Below are positions 11,994-23,957 of a DNA stretch of 64,000 bases, in pieces. The translations under genes and the position numbers were made by a program. Position 1 is the stretch's first letter, and each line of letters opens with the position of its first letter. Source of the DNA: Microthyrium microscopicum. Its lineage: Eukaryota. The notes below the pieces were generated by a model that saw only the letters and a list, made by a program, of their open reading frames with translations, searched no databases and had not been told where the DNA came from. Location: the NCBI GenBank assembly GCA_010405405.1, contig MU004232.1, positions 577,481 to 641,480 on the forward strand, given 5' to 3'.

Positions 11994-14900
11994 ATGGCTG
12001 CCAACAAGCAATTTGCAGGCTTCGATCCAACTGATGACGACAATGACATAGCCGGCGAGATCACCGCGCCTCAAATGATCAGCTCTGAGCAGCCGAACAA
12101 GGCAGCGAAACCAGTTAGACGCATTGCGCCTATGACAATTACCTCAATCTCAAGCTCCGAAAAGCAGGAAATTCCTGGAAAAACAGCAAAAGAGCCGACT
12201 CCTATCGAATCAGCCGGGAACCAGAGCACTTTGAATCTACCAGCTGCTCAGGTGTCTACCATCGCATCTGATGGTAAATCAGGTCTTGCGAAAGAGCATA
12301 CTGCGAAAGAGCCTGCCGCGTCAGAAACTGGCAAAGAACCGGCAAAACAGACTCCAAAGGAGCCTCCAGAGCCGCCGGGAGAGCCGCCGGGAAAGCCGCC
12401 CGCCAAGGAAATAGCACTTCAACCCGCAGAAGAGCCAGCTCAAGAACCCGCAAAGGAACAGCCAGTGGTGGATGAAGTTGTACCATCCATTGAAAATGCC
12501 TTGGGACAATCAGCAAATCAAAATTCTGCTGATATTGAGATGTCCGATGCACCTTCTTCCAGCACAAACATCTTGAATAATCAACCAGATGTTGATATGA
12601 CGGATGCCCCTCCAGCTCCGGCAGTCAATTTCGAGGGTCGCGAGATCATTGATTTGGACGATGCTGATGACATTGCAATTGGTGGTGATGATAATGACTT
12701 CAGAATTTCCGATGCCTGGGGCATTATGAAAGATTTGCAAGGCCAACAAGAGAAAGAAACACAAAATGACTTCCAATTGGCACTGGAAAAAATCCAGGAG
12801 GAGGCTATGCGTGAAGCAAATCAACGAATTCTGGATCCTTTGGTGCGCTCAAAGCGTTCCAAACCTTCTAAGCGAGGTAAGATCCCCCCCAAATACCCAT
12901 ATTTCTTGACGATATTGGACAAGATCAAAAACGTCGCGGCTCCCATCGCATTCGATGGCTACCATCGCACTCGATGGTGGTTCAGCTTGTTGCGGCAGGT
13001 CATCTTGGAACAATAAATTATCTTTTCAAAGCGTGTCCACAAGCAATTTCACTCTCCAGGCGTGCTAACTAACAGATTCAAGTCCGAGATGACGACGATG
13101 ACGACGACGACGACGACCATTTGTACCACTCTTTCGAATTCGACGCCGCCGGCGATGAAGATGCTGTGATCTTCAAACGCGAAATGCACAAATTTCTTCA
13201 GAAAGAAAAGCAAGGCAAGCTAGGGTTCCTTGAGGATATTGAGTGGTCTCGCATCAAGAATCAAGAGCGTACTCGTCGCGAGAAGGTCAAGAATGATCGA
13301 ATACGTGAAGCCTACGAGCAAGAAGAAGAGCTGGCACGCGAGGAAGATCGTAGCCCCAATTTTGACCACATCAAGAAGAACTTCAGTCTGTACCACAATG
13401 ACGATGCTTCAGGCTTGTTCGTCCCTTTGAGCTCAAATCTCGGCAATGTTCGTGGCTCAATGCAGGATCTTCAAATGTCTGATAACGAACAGACATCTCC
13501 ATCTCCATCGAGCAATAGAACAGGCAAAGCTCCGAAAGCTCGGAAGAGTCCTACCGAGAAACGTGTGTCAAAGGTTAAGAAGAGCACGATCAAAGCCCTG
13601 GTAAGAGTTCCCTGCAACAATCCAAAAAAATCCAATGAGTCTAAATATACCGCGGCTCCCGTCGAATTCGATGGATCCACAGTGCATTTTACTGCTCATA
13701 TATAGTAATCTTAAACTAACAAATTCCAGGCTGGGACAATGCAGGAACTCGACGAACGAGACAAGCGCAAGACGGGAAAACGCGCAAAGACAGGTGGTAC
13801 CCGCAAAGGAAAGTCCAAAGCAAGTGGCAAAAAAGCTGCTACGGAAGATGATGATGAAGACGAGTCGGACTTTGCAGTGCTAGGCACTGCAAAAAGCCGC
13901 AAGAAGAAACCGCAAACTGCAAATATCGGAAGTTTGTTTAAACCAACAGACGTATTCAACCGGAGCGAGCATCTCGCAGTGGGCGAGACTGATGAAGGAC
14001 GACTCGGCATGCAGAAAGGCAGAAAAGACGTTGCCTTGAAAAACCTTATCGCTGGTATTCCTCTTGATCGTCAAGAAACAGCTAAAGTTGATAGTCGCCA
14101 CCTTCTGCAAGCCAGTAGCAAGTTTGACGGAACCGGTGCATGTCGTTCAGATGATACTGGTTGGAAATTGAAGGGAATGGTCTCTACCCTGAGACACTTC
14201 CAGATGCTAGGCGCTAGCTGGTGTCGTGAGCGAGGTAAGGTACATTCTTGCTGAATTTCAGTGCTTTTCGCTGACAGATATCAAGAGCGAGACAACGATG
14301 TGAAAGGGGGCCTCATCGCAGACGATATGGGGATGGGCAAAACAATAACAATGCTGGCTAACGTGGTCAATGGCCTACCTCCAAAAGCTTTTCACGGCGT
14401 TAGAGCTACGCTCATCATCTGTCCCAGCTCCCTCGTCGATCAGTGGATGTCTGAGGTGCGCAAACACTGCGATTTGAATCATTTGGGACAGGTATTGCGC
14501 TATAACAACCCAAAGCCAGGCTTGTCAATGTCCCTCGACGACATAGGCATGCTTTCCTCTGCCAGCATAGTGATAAGCACTCATAACGCTGTCGTTCGCT
14601 CCTGTCCCAAGATCACCTTCCCGAAGCACCTTGTAACTCAATTGGACAAGGAGAAATGGTTGTTTGACAATAGGGAGAAGTTTCGTGGTCAGCTCCATCG
14701 TATAGAGTGGTGAGTTTGACCCAAATAACGCTTTGGTGATCATACAGTAACGACTTTAGGCATCGTGTAGTCATTGATGAGGCTCATGTTCTCAAGAATC
14801 ATTTGTCACTGACTTCTCTTGCAATGCGAGAACTAATGGCTAAACACAAATGGTAAGCTAACTCAGTCTCATATCACATTCTTGACCACATTCGAAATAC

Positions 14901-17552
14901 TCCAAACCGAGTGGCGCTTACCAGCACATGTGACGGCTTATATGGGGATGTGTTTCCATAAGGTGCTATGGTTTCCGCCAGATGTGACGGCTTCCTTATC
15001 ATCTCTTCTGGTTTGCCTTGAAGGTTTCATTTGATCTTTTTATCGAACCTTGCTGACGTATGTGTACAGGTGTATTACAGGAACGCCGATTCACAATTCG
15101 CCCAAGGTAAGTTTTGATCGTGTGATGGCTCCCATAGCATTCTATGGCTACCATAGAACGCGGTCCGGGTTCGTGCTGAGAAGACTATTTGGTCTTTTCA
15201 GTGCAAATTGGCTTCGGTTTTACTCTTCCGTTATTTGACACTAACAAATCTCAGGAACTGTATCCATACTTCAGGTTCCTAGGAGTCAAGCATACTGGGG
15301 ATTTCCGAGTGTAAGTTCCTTCTTGCACGCATCTTTTGATGACACCATATCATGTTGTAGCTCCCATAGCACTCTATGTGTGCCATAAAGAGCGAGAGTA
15401 TTTCCAGCTGATAGACCAAATGATCTTTGGGCACTTGGGCTTAGTGGACATATTTCGCTTCTCAGACTAACAGAATTAGGTTCTGTCATAACTATGACAC
15501 CAAAAGCACTACCGGTCAGAACCGCCTACTCGCGCAGTTGAACAAGATCATGCTTCGACGAACTTACGCAGACTCCATGTTGGGGGAGGCAAGAAGACCT
15601 CATTACCATGATGCGCATGATTCTAACGTTAGAACAGGCTCTAGTCAAACTACCTCGCACAAGCAAGACGGAGACTTGGGTTACTTTAAACCGTAAGGAT
15701 CCCTCCGAGTAGATTGACTTGAGGTTTTTAGACGACGTTGAAATTATTACTTTCGTGGCTTTCCTCACACTTGATGGTTCCCATGACATGTTGTGGGATC
15801 CATCAGGAGCGCAAATCATCAAAACCGCCCGAGTAGACTTCTTTTGCCAATTGAAACTGACAAATTTCTAGCCGTCGAGCGTCAAGTATACACCGTTGTT
15901 CGAAACCGAATCATTGAACAGGCAAGCAATTTTGGAAAGATGTGTCTGCTTCACGTTACTTATCTAACCTTATTTTTATACAGATCAATAGCATGGTTCG
16001 GACCAATGCTAATCCTGCAGGTGGATTATCCCATTGTATTTTCACAATGATTTTACGTCTTCGCCAGATTACCAGTCACATCTTGCTTATCGAAGAGCTC
16101 ATGAAGGATCTGCTCCTGCCTGCAGACATTGCTAGTCTCGAAAAAATCAGCCAGACCTACTATAACACCGTGGCAGATCAGAAAACTATCGACACCATTC
16201 TTGCTTTGCGCCATGCTCTGAAATCCCACGAGAAGTGGCAGAAATCGACCTGTGAGGATGAAGATGACTTCCAGAACGAGCTTGCTGCTAAAGAATCCGG
16301 TCTGCGAACCGAAACCATTGGCGGCGGCTATGGTCTTGCTTACAACTTCAGCGAACTTCTCAGCAATCTGAAAAAGAACTCGCGCTGGGAAGAATTTCAC
16401 GACACGTACAAATGTATTGGCTGTCAAAAAGAAAAACCGGACCAAGCGAGAATAACAACGTGTGGGCATATGTATTGCGAGCCATGTGCTTTTGGTCTAC
16501 TCGTGAAACATGCTGGTCAAGGTGGAGTCATTGCACGCTGCGATGAATGCGGTGTCCAATTTGACCGTCTGGAGACCTGTGAGGCACACCCTTCCCTTAT
16601 GATATCATATCTAACTGAAAAAATAGTTAACACCAAAACACTTGAAGTCGGCTCCGTTGATACTACGCCCTTCTTGAACGACGATGGCTCCGAGCCAGAG
16701 ACAGAAGCTAGCAGTTCGCAAGGCAAGAAGCCCAAGAAGGTAAGATTTTCCATTGCCCTGATTCCATGAGGTTAAAACGAAATACTGCATTGTTCCAGAG
16801 CATTTTATGGCTACCATAGCTCTATATGACCAGAAATGCTCATATGTGAAAATTATACTGATGCTTCCCAGGCTCGACGAAAGAAAGACCGGAAGGCCGT
16901 ACCAAACTATTTAGCCGAGGAGCCTCTCCCATCAAGCAAGACTTTAGCTGTCAAGTGCCAGATCTTGAATTGGATTGAAGAAAATCCTGCCACGAAAGTC
17001 ATAATCTTCGTCCAATTCCTTGGCATGATCGAGATCCTCAAGCAGCTCGCTGCGGCCGAAGGCTGGCCAACTCTCCAATACCACGGCTCTATGACCATGG
17101 AGGAACGCACCAAGGTGATTGATGTGTTCGACAGCCACCCCGGCCCATGTATCTTCATTGCCTCCCTCAAATGTGGAGGAGTGGGTCTGAATCTCACCAT
17201 GGCATCCAAGGTCATCATGCTAGAACCCTGGTGGAATTGGGCGATCGAACAACAAGCCTTTGGTCGTATCTTCCGGATTGGGCAGAAACAGCAAACAGCA
17301 CTGCTTCGTGTGTTTGCGAAGGACACCATTGACGAGCGCATGTATCAGATGCAGGAGCAGAAGAGTGCCAAGATTGATGCGGTTATGAAGAACCAAGGGA
17401 AGAACATGGCGCCAAGCGAGCTGTTGAAGCTGTTTGGTAATATCCAGTCTGGTGATGATGGCGAATACTTCGTCATGTGTGACGAGACTGCACCCGCGAA
17501 GGCACCAATGTTCGAAGACGGTGCATATCTGCAGTGGGATACGGAGAAGTAG
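11994..17552 (+). CDS. SNF2-family ATPase with inserted RING finger (RAD5/RAD16/ULS1-like), 12 exons
   Basis: Motifs GGLIADDMGMGKT, VIDEAH, ITGTPIHN, MLRRT, RING (C..C...CGH.YC..C...C..C), SLKCGGVGLNLT, EPWWN..IEQQAFGRIFRIGQ. Frame-consistent introns: 12877-13082, 13601-13729, 14235-14285, 14710-14759, 14853-15069, 15107-15254, 15311-15479, 15589-15637 (GC-AG), 15693-15871, 15922-15983 (GC-AG), 16740-16871. Confidence 0.92.
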
Positions 17553-17980
17553 GTGCTACCTGTGGGCCAAGTTGAAGGATGAAGAGTTTTGAAACTGGCG
17601 GTGTTGCGGGAGGAGTGTGGTGAAGAAACTCGACAAAAAAAAATTAGTGTACGGTGTTGGCAAACCTTAAGCTTGCGATTGTAGTTGAATCAATGTAAGG
17701 TTGGGTTATTACTATGATCTTCGAAAATCAGTTTTGTGTATATCCAGGTCCTCGAAGTTCTGCTGGTGAGCGAATGCATGAGCATTATCCCCATCGCGTC
17801 TACCATAAGAGCTGCCATCGGGCATCGCACGCGATGGAATATGTTCCTCTTGAGCTGAGATCACGAACATCTTGCTGAATGTCAAAAGTAGCGTAGCATG
17901 CTCATTCGAATCGCTAAATCCTACAAACACTCATACGACTACAACATGAAACGCCGAACAATCAAACCATCCATCATACT

Positions 17981-19686
17981 TTACAAAATTTCATAAGGCT
18001 CCTTCCCCTCCCCAAACAACAAATGCGGCTTCCGCTTCGCAACATCAAGCACAGTCTGCGCAAACACGGAATTAGCCCAGGCGAACCAACTTCGTGTTGT
18101 ATCGCCTCCGAACATGACATGCACACTCTCGTTGATCAGTCCCAGACTCGACACATTCCGCACTGCTTCAATACACCTGCTAATTTCTATATCATCCTCG
18201 CTCGTCATGGCCTGCAACAGCACGCTCATCGGCCATGCATGCTGTAGTCCAATATGTGGACCGCCGATGCCTGCAAAATTTGCGCCTTTGAGGTAGTAGG
18301 GGTTGCCAGCCTGGCTAAGGACCATACGCCGCGTGTTTTGGTAGACCTCGTTGGAAGAGGGCAGGAAGCCCATGAGGGGAAGGGCAAGAAGGGAGGGGAG
18401 ATTAGCGTCATCCATGAAGATGCGGCTGCCGTAGCCGTCAACTTCGTAGGCGAAGACACGGCCGAAGACAGGGTGAGTGAAGACTGCGTGGTCCCAAATA
18501 CCCTTTTCGATAGATGCTGCAACTGATGCCATCTTTTCGTGCAATGCGGTCGTGTCTGCGTCCTTCTTGGGAGCAGACTTGTTGAGGAGCGCGGCGGTGG
18601 CTTTGAGCTCGACGGCCATCATAGCATTCGCGGGGACGAGAAAGCCAAGGATGGTGGCATCATCAGAGGGCCGGAAGGCGGAGCGGATGAGCCCGGTGTT
18701 ATTGGCGAGCGGGTTGCCGACGCCAGTAAGGGATAGGGTTTCAGTGCCTGTGTTGGTGTTGCGCTGGAAGGTGTACATGTTGCGCTCGTAGTCACCGTTT
18801 TCGTCAAAGGTGGAGCGGGCTTGGGCTTCGAGGGTGTCCATGATGGTGTTGGCGGCTTTGAACCAGCGCTTGGTCAGGAAAGCCGTGGATCCAGTGGAGT
18901 TATGGAATTGGTTGGAGAGACGAAGGAAGGCAGCGAGACTATCTAGTTCCCATTTGCATTCAAAGACTCTGGATGGTTCGTAGAAGGGGTGAGTTGAGTC
19001 CATTTGGCCATTGCCGGTCGGATCAAGACCTGAGGGGGGTGGCGGTTGGAAAGCATTGCAATATGGACTTTCGATGACATATTCAGCTTGGGTATTGATT
19101 GCACCGAGGATCAAGTTCTCGAGAGCTTTGTCTTTCTTTGCCAGAGTCTGATACTGGGCTAGCTGATTTGTAGAGTCTCGAAGCCATTCAGCATTGATGT
19201 CTCCAGTCACAATGAATGACTGAGGACCTTCCCATTTGCCTTCATTCAAGCTATAGTATGTGTCCGAGTAGGCCTTTGATCGCTCCTTCTTTGGCTGAGT
19301 TCCATCAACATGCCATCGCACAGTGGTGTCCAGAGTATTGGGAAACGCATTTTCGAAGAGCCGGGCAATATCCTTGTCCTGTATTCTCTCGTTCAAATCT
19401 TGTATGACTGTTTCGACTAGGGGCGACGAAAATGTGCGGCATTGGGGAGCGGGTCGTTGAAAGGGCAGTCGTAGTGTACCGAGCGAGAAGGGAGGGCTAT
19501 TGGGTATTAGCAGGAGCGCAACGGCACCCGTATTGTCATTACTTACTGTTGATGTGAGGAGTACGAACGATAGTCAGGACAAGCTGCCGCATATCTCTCT
19601 TTATCCATGAGCGGATCTTGCTGAAGCGCACCAAGCGCATGAGCGCTGGTCGCAATTGCGCTCGCAACAGTCACATGGAGCAACAT
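17981..19686 (-). CDS. Glycoside hydrolase family 125 (DUF1237, exo-alpha-1,6-mannosidase-like), probably secreted
   Basis: Motifs TGDINAEWLRDS, ECKWELDSL, FRPSDDA, MDDANLPSLL, GGPH, RSWFAWANS. Hydrophobic N-terminus from ATG 19686; intron 19497-19546. Confidence 0.93.
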
Positions 19687-20224
19687 GGAGCAGCTGTCAC
19701 GATTGACACAACGAAGTGGGCAATTGCAAAGCGAGACTTGCCATGCTCTGGCGCATTAAATGGCAAGTAGTAAGGTGTTTATTGCAAGTGCATATATGAG
19801 ACACCTGCCGCTTAGTCGAGAGTCGTTAAAGTTGCCGGCCTCTGATTGGTTCAAGCATCTCACCTCTTTTGATATTCAAAGAATTGCGATAATGACTCTA
19901 TACTTTAATTGAGATGGTTATTCGAGGTTAAGATATCCTGCCAGTTCAAAGCTATTTTACTCATTGTGATTTTCAGCCACTTCTAGAAGCACATTGATTG
20001 ATATTACAGCTGGATGGGTACGCAGCGAACCACTCCGTCCTTACATTGGGCCATTACCCAAAAGACTGCTAGAGACAAGAATTGTAGTTTCATAGCATAG
20101 CATATGATCATTGCGAGATAATGGAAGTAGCTGGTATTTAAGATTCGGCATCTGGGGTATATTGGGTATCTTGAAGGGCGCGTAGTTTACATGTCATAAA
20201 ATCGTTGTCGGCAATGGTACTGTC

Positions 20225-20578
20225 TCATTCGATCTTGTCTTCATCAACTGCAGCTCCCTCGGCGGTGTTCGATTCCTTATTGTCGGTTGTTTCTGTAGGC
20301 TGGTCGCCCATAACGCCCTCGAATGTGCTCCATAATGCTTCAACATTGCTGAATTCATTGCCAACAGCGATGATAGCCTCCATCGAGCGATTGAGACGGT
20401 TGAGGTTCGTCAGAACGCTGTCCATTGACTATAAATAACGTTAAATTGTGCCCGCATGAATGAGTCTCTGGATGCCACGTACTTGGGCGATTTCGCTGAC
20501 GAGCATGGCTCGTTGGGAGTGGAAGTAGCTGCTCTGAGCCTCATCAGTTGCCGAGCTGGAGTTGTTATGTGACGCCAT
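20225..20578 (-). CDS. DAD1: DASH/Dam1 kinetochore complex subunit Dad1
   Basis: Spliced protein [52 protein letters not shown] matches the Dad1 signature; intron 20429-20482. Confidence 0.92.
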
Positions 20579-20877
20579 GATGGAATGTATCCGACGTCTT
20601 GCTCTGAATTATCGAGATGATCTGGAAATGCGTTGATGGTTGATGAATATTCGCGGCGCGTCTTCCGCATGTCGCGTCAATTGGTGTAGAAGAAATCCGG
20701 CTTTAAAGCCTTGGATAATTTCTTATCCCCGTGTATAATTTTGCAACTTCATTCAAAGTCACCGACTTTCGGACAACTGTTTATGACTGTTTATGACTCA
20801 GTCCAATCCCTTTCTCAGAGTAATCGTACATATAAGCTCGGTACGTAGCCTGAATCATTGAGCTCCACAATGTCGCC

Positions 20878-23821
20878 ATGCACTCAACAGCTCGGCTCCT
20901 TGCCCAATCGCCCCTGATCCGTCTAGCCAATGCCTCCTTCTACCGTTCTTACCCACCAACTCCCTCAACCGCTCTCTTTCCCAATCTCACCCTCGAGCTA
21001 CCTGTCCATGGTGAAAGCTGGGGTGTCATCGGCGCCAGCAGCAATGTACGCACCGACTTTTTACGAACACTTCATGGCCAATTCCTAGTCGATCCACCGA
21101 ACGCGCGCAGCTATCCATACCTCGCGACTCAGGAAGGCAAACTACGCAATCCAAATGTCGCGCTACAATACGTCGGCTTTGATGCCGAGCGTGGGACAAG
21201 CGGGCTGCGTGGTGCATATCTGAGCCAGCGTTATGAGAGTAAGCGGGACATTGGCGACTTTTCCCTGCGCGACTACTTGACAGGTCATACGGAGCTCAAC
21301 GATGTCATATTCGGTGCATATGACAAAACAGTTGAGCCATCAAGCGTATTATTTGCACAGGTCGTCGAGGATCTGAAGCTACAGCGTTTGCTAGATATGC
21401 CTGTGGCCAATTTGAGTAATGGACAGACAAGACGAAGTCGGATTGCAAAGGCGCTGTTGGCTGAACCACTGGCGTTGTTTCTCGATAGCCCGTTCATGGG
21501 TCTAGATGTCCATACGGTCGAGCACTTGTCGGATGTGCTACAATTGCTGGCACACGGTGTTGAAGGACCACGAGTAGTACTAAGCTTGCGAACCGATGAG
21601 CACATGCCGAATTGGTTGAGTAAGCTGGTTTTACTGACAAATGATCATCGAGTCAGGTCGTTCAATACAATCGCAGAGACAATGAAAGATATGCGAAGCA
21701 TTAGTGAGACCAGCCTGCTGGCAGAAAGAGCTGGGAGTGGATCCCTAGGAGAAACGAGTAAAGGGCAATTGTCAAGCGCAGAAACTCAGCTTCTGGAAGA
21801 TGCAAGGAACATGATAAGCACGCTGAATCCCGGCACCTGGAAAATCTACAATAAAGCTGCAGCGCTAAAATTGGCGCAGCGTAATCTTGAATCTGGAAAA
21901 GGCCTATCAAATAAGGGAATGAGTTCAAAAGATGGGTTTTTACTGATTGATTCCCATCCCATCCCGGAAGGGGAGCCACTCATAGAGATGGAGGGAGTCC
22001 GCGTGGCGTATGGCGATAGAGTTGTCCTAGGTAATTGGAAGGAAGAAAATCAACAGACTGATGGTCTCTGGTGGACCGTTCATCGAGGCCAGCGATGGGG
22101 AGTGTTTGGACCCAATGGTAAGATTTATTCTTCTCTACTACCTCTTCAATGGTACTGACCTTTTGTTAGGTTCCGGCAAAACCACGATCACTGCCCTGAT
22201 ATCTTCAGACCACCCGCAAAGCTACTCCCTGCCGATCAAATTCTTTGGTCGAAATCGCCTCCCTAGCCCTGGTCAGCCTGCTATATCTTTCTGGGACATT
22301 CAAAAGCGCATAGGATTCTCTTCGCCCGAGCTACACGCGTTCTTTCCCAAACATCTGACTGTCCGCCAGGCGCTGGAATCGGCCTTTGCTGATACACCCC
22401 TAACACGGCCTCACATCACCCCAACCCAGGATCTAGCAATCAGCGCTACTCTCCGCTGGTTTCAGAACGATTTATGTCCCGAGCTTGGCCGTACAGCCCA
22501 ACAGACTGAAGAGCTGCATCGGCCCATCGTAGAAGATGTCTTCCGTCAAGCAATAGAAAACGCCAAACGCAAACGCGAAGTGCGCTTCCGCGAACGTGCA
22601 AGATTACTCCGCGATAGCTTCATTGAGGATGAAGTCATGTCCAACATCAACCTCTCCTGGGCTCTAGAAAAAACCTTTGGGCAGCTCTCCTTCGGAGCCC
22701 AACGAATCCTGCTTTTCCTGCGCGCTATCATTAAGCGCCCTGACATCATCATCCTCGACGAAGCCTTTAGCGGCATGGACCCATTTACCGTGCAAAAATG
22801 CCACACGTTTCTCGCCCATGGCGACACCATGGCACTCCGTCTCGCCCCAGCCCGCATGCCCTTGCCATACTCGTCTGACGTTGGCCGCTGTGGCATCAGT
22901 CGCATCCCACCACTCTCGCCCGAACAAGCGCTCGTAATCATTGCGCATCGCGAAATGGAAGTTCCTGGCTGCGTGCGCCAATGGATTTGTCTTCCCGAGC
23001 CAGGCGAAGGTGTGGCACGCACAGGAGTACTTGACGGGCCCGTCGAACTGGACACGAACCGCTGGCGTACTATCTGGAATCTGCCGCTATATGAAACATC
23101 GCTCCATATGCAACACCGACGTGGCACGCGGAAAGGCAAGAGCTGGTTTATGGACTTTTATGCTAGGCGGACGCCCGAGCAGCAAGCCAAGCGAAACCAG
23201 CAGATTGTCCGCTACTACCGTTCACACCTGCCACAATACTATCTATCTTACAGCCGTAGGTATACTATCCGAGCAGAGCAAACCATAAAGGACTATCGAA
23301 TCGCAGCAAAGAAGAGGCTGGATGTATACGAGGCGTTAGTGAGCCCGAGAGAAAAGTTCGAGATGAGATTCGCTTGGGTGGTAGGGGCGGTACAACCAGC
23401 GATCCAAAGGGTCGCTAATCTCAAGAGGGAATGTTTAAAGATAATAGGGTGGGAGCACATGAAGGTAAGAAGAAGGACTAAGCAAGAGATTGAGGCAGAT
23501 AAACAGAAAGAAATCACGAAGAGAATAATGCATAATATGAGACAGGCCAAATATAGTAGGAAGAAACGGGAGGCGAAAAGAGCCTTGAAAGAAGCTCAAG
23601 GGACGGCATCTGACTCGGCATTGCCCAGAACACCTATAGAGATCCAATTCGACGCGCTAAAGGCCCAAGGCTCAATAGCTAATCCTAGACATCTACCAAA
23701 AGAGTCGAAAAGGCCACAGGGTGGACCTATAGGTATGAGAAGGCCCCAGCCGATGAAGGCCAAAATTCCACTGGCAGGGCGAACTAGAAAAGTCTCATCA
23801 GAAACAGGTTCCCCAACCTGA
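20878..23821 (+). CDS. ModF/YDR061W-like soluble ABC ATPase with two nucleotide-binding domains
   Basis: LSNGQTRR signature; spliced Walker A GPNGSGKT (intron 22118-22169); SDHPQSYS; GFSSPELH; LSFGAQR...IIILDEAFSGMD. First Walker A is degenerate; no transmembrane segments. Confidence 0.88.
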
Positions 23822-23957
23822 TGATATCGAAACCATCATTAGACACGTCATCAATGCATTCATAATACTGTTATCTTATACCTCTCAGATTCATATTCAT
23901 GTCCTTCATACGCCATATCAATGGTATACTTCTCCCACGTAAGCCTTAGATTCACAA

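Noticed and set aside
12877..16871. Classical introner-like elements as the explanation for the SNF2 introns
   Set aside because: Introners are similar along their whole length; these introns share only the internal 19-bp units. Not fully excluded if very old.
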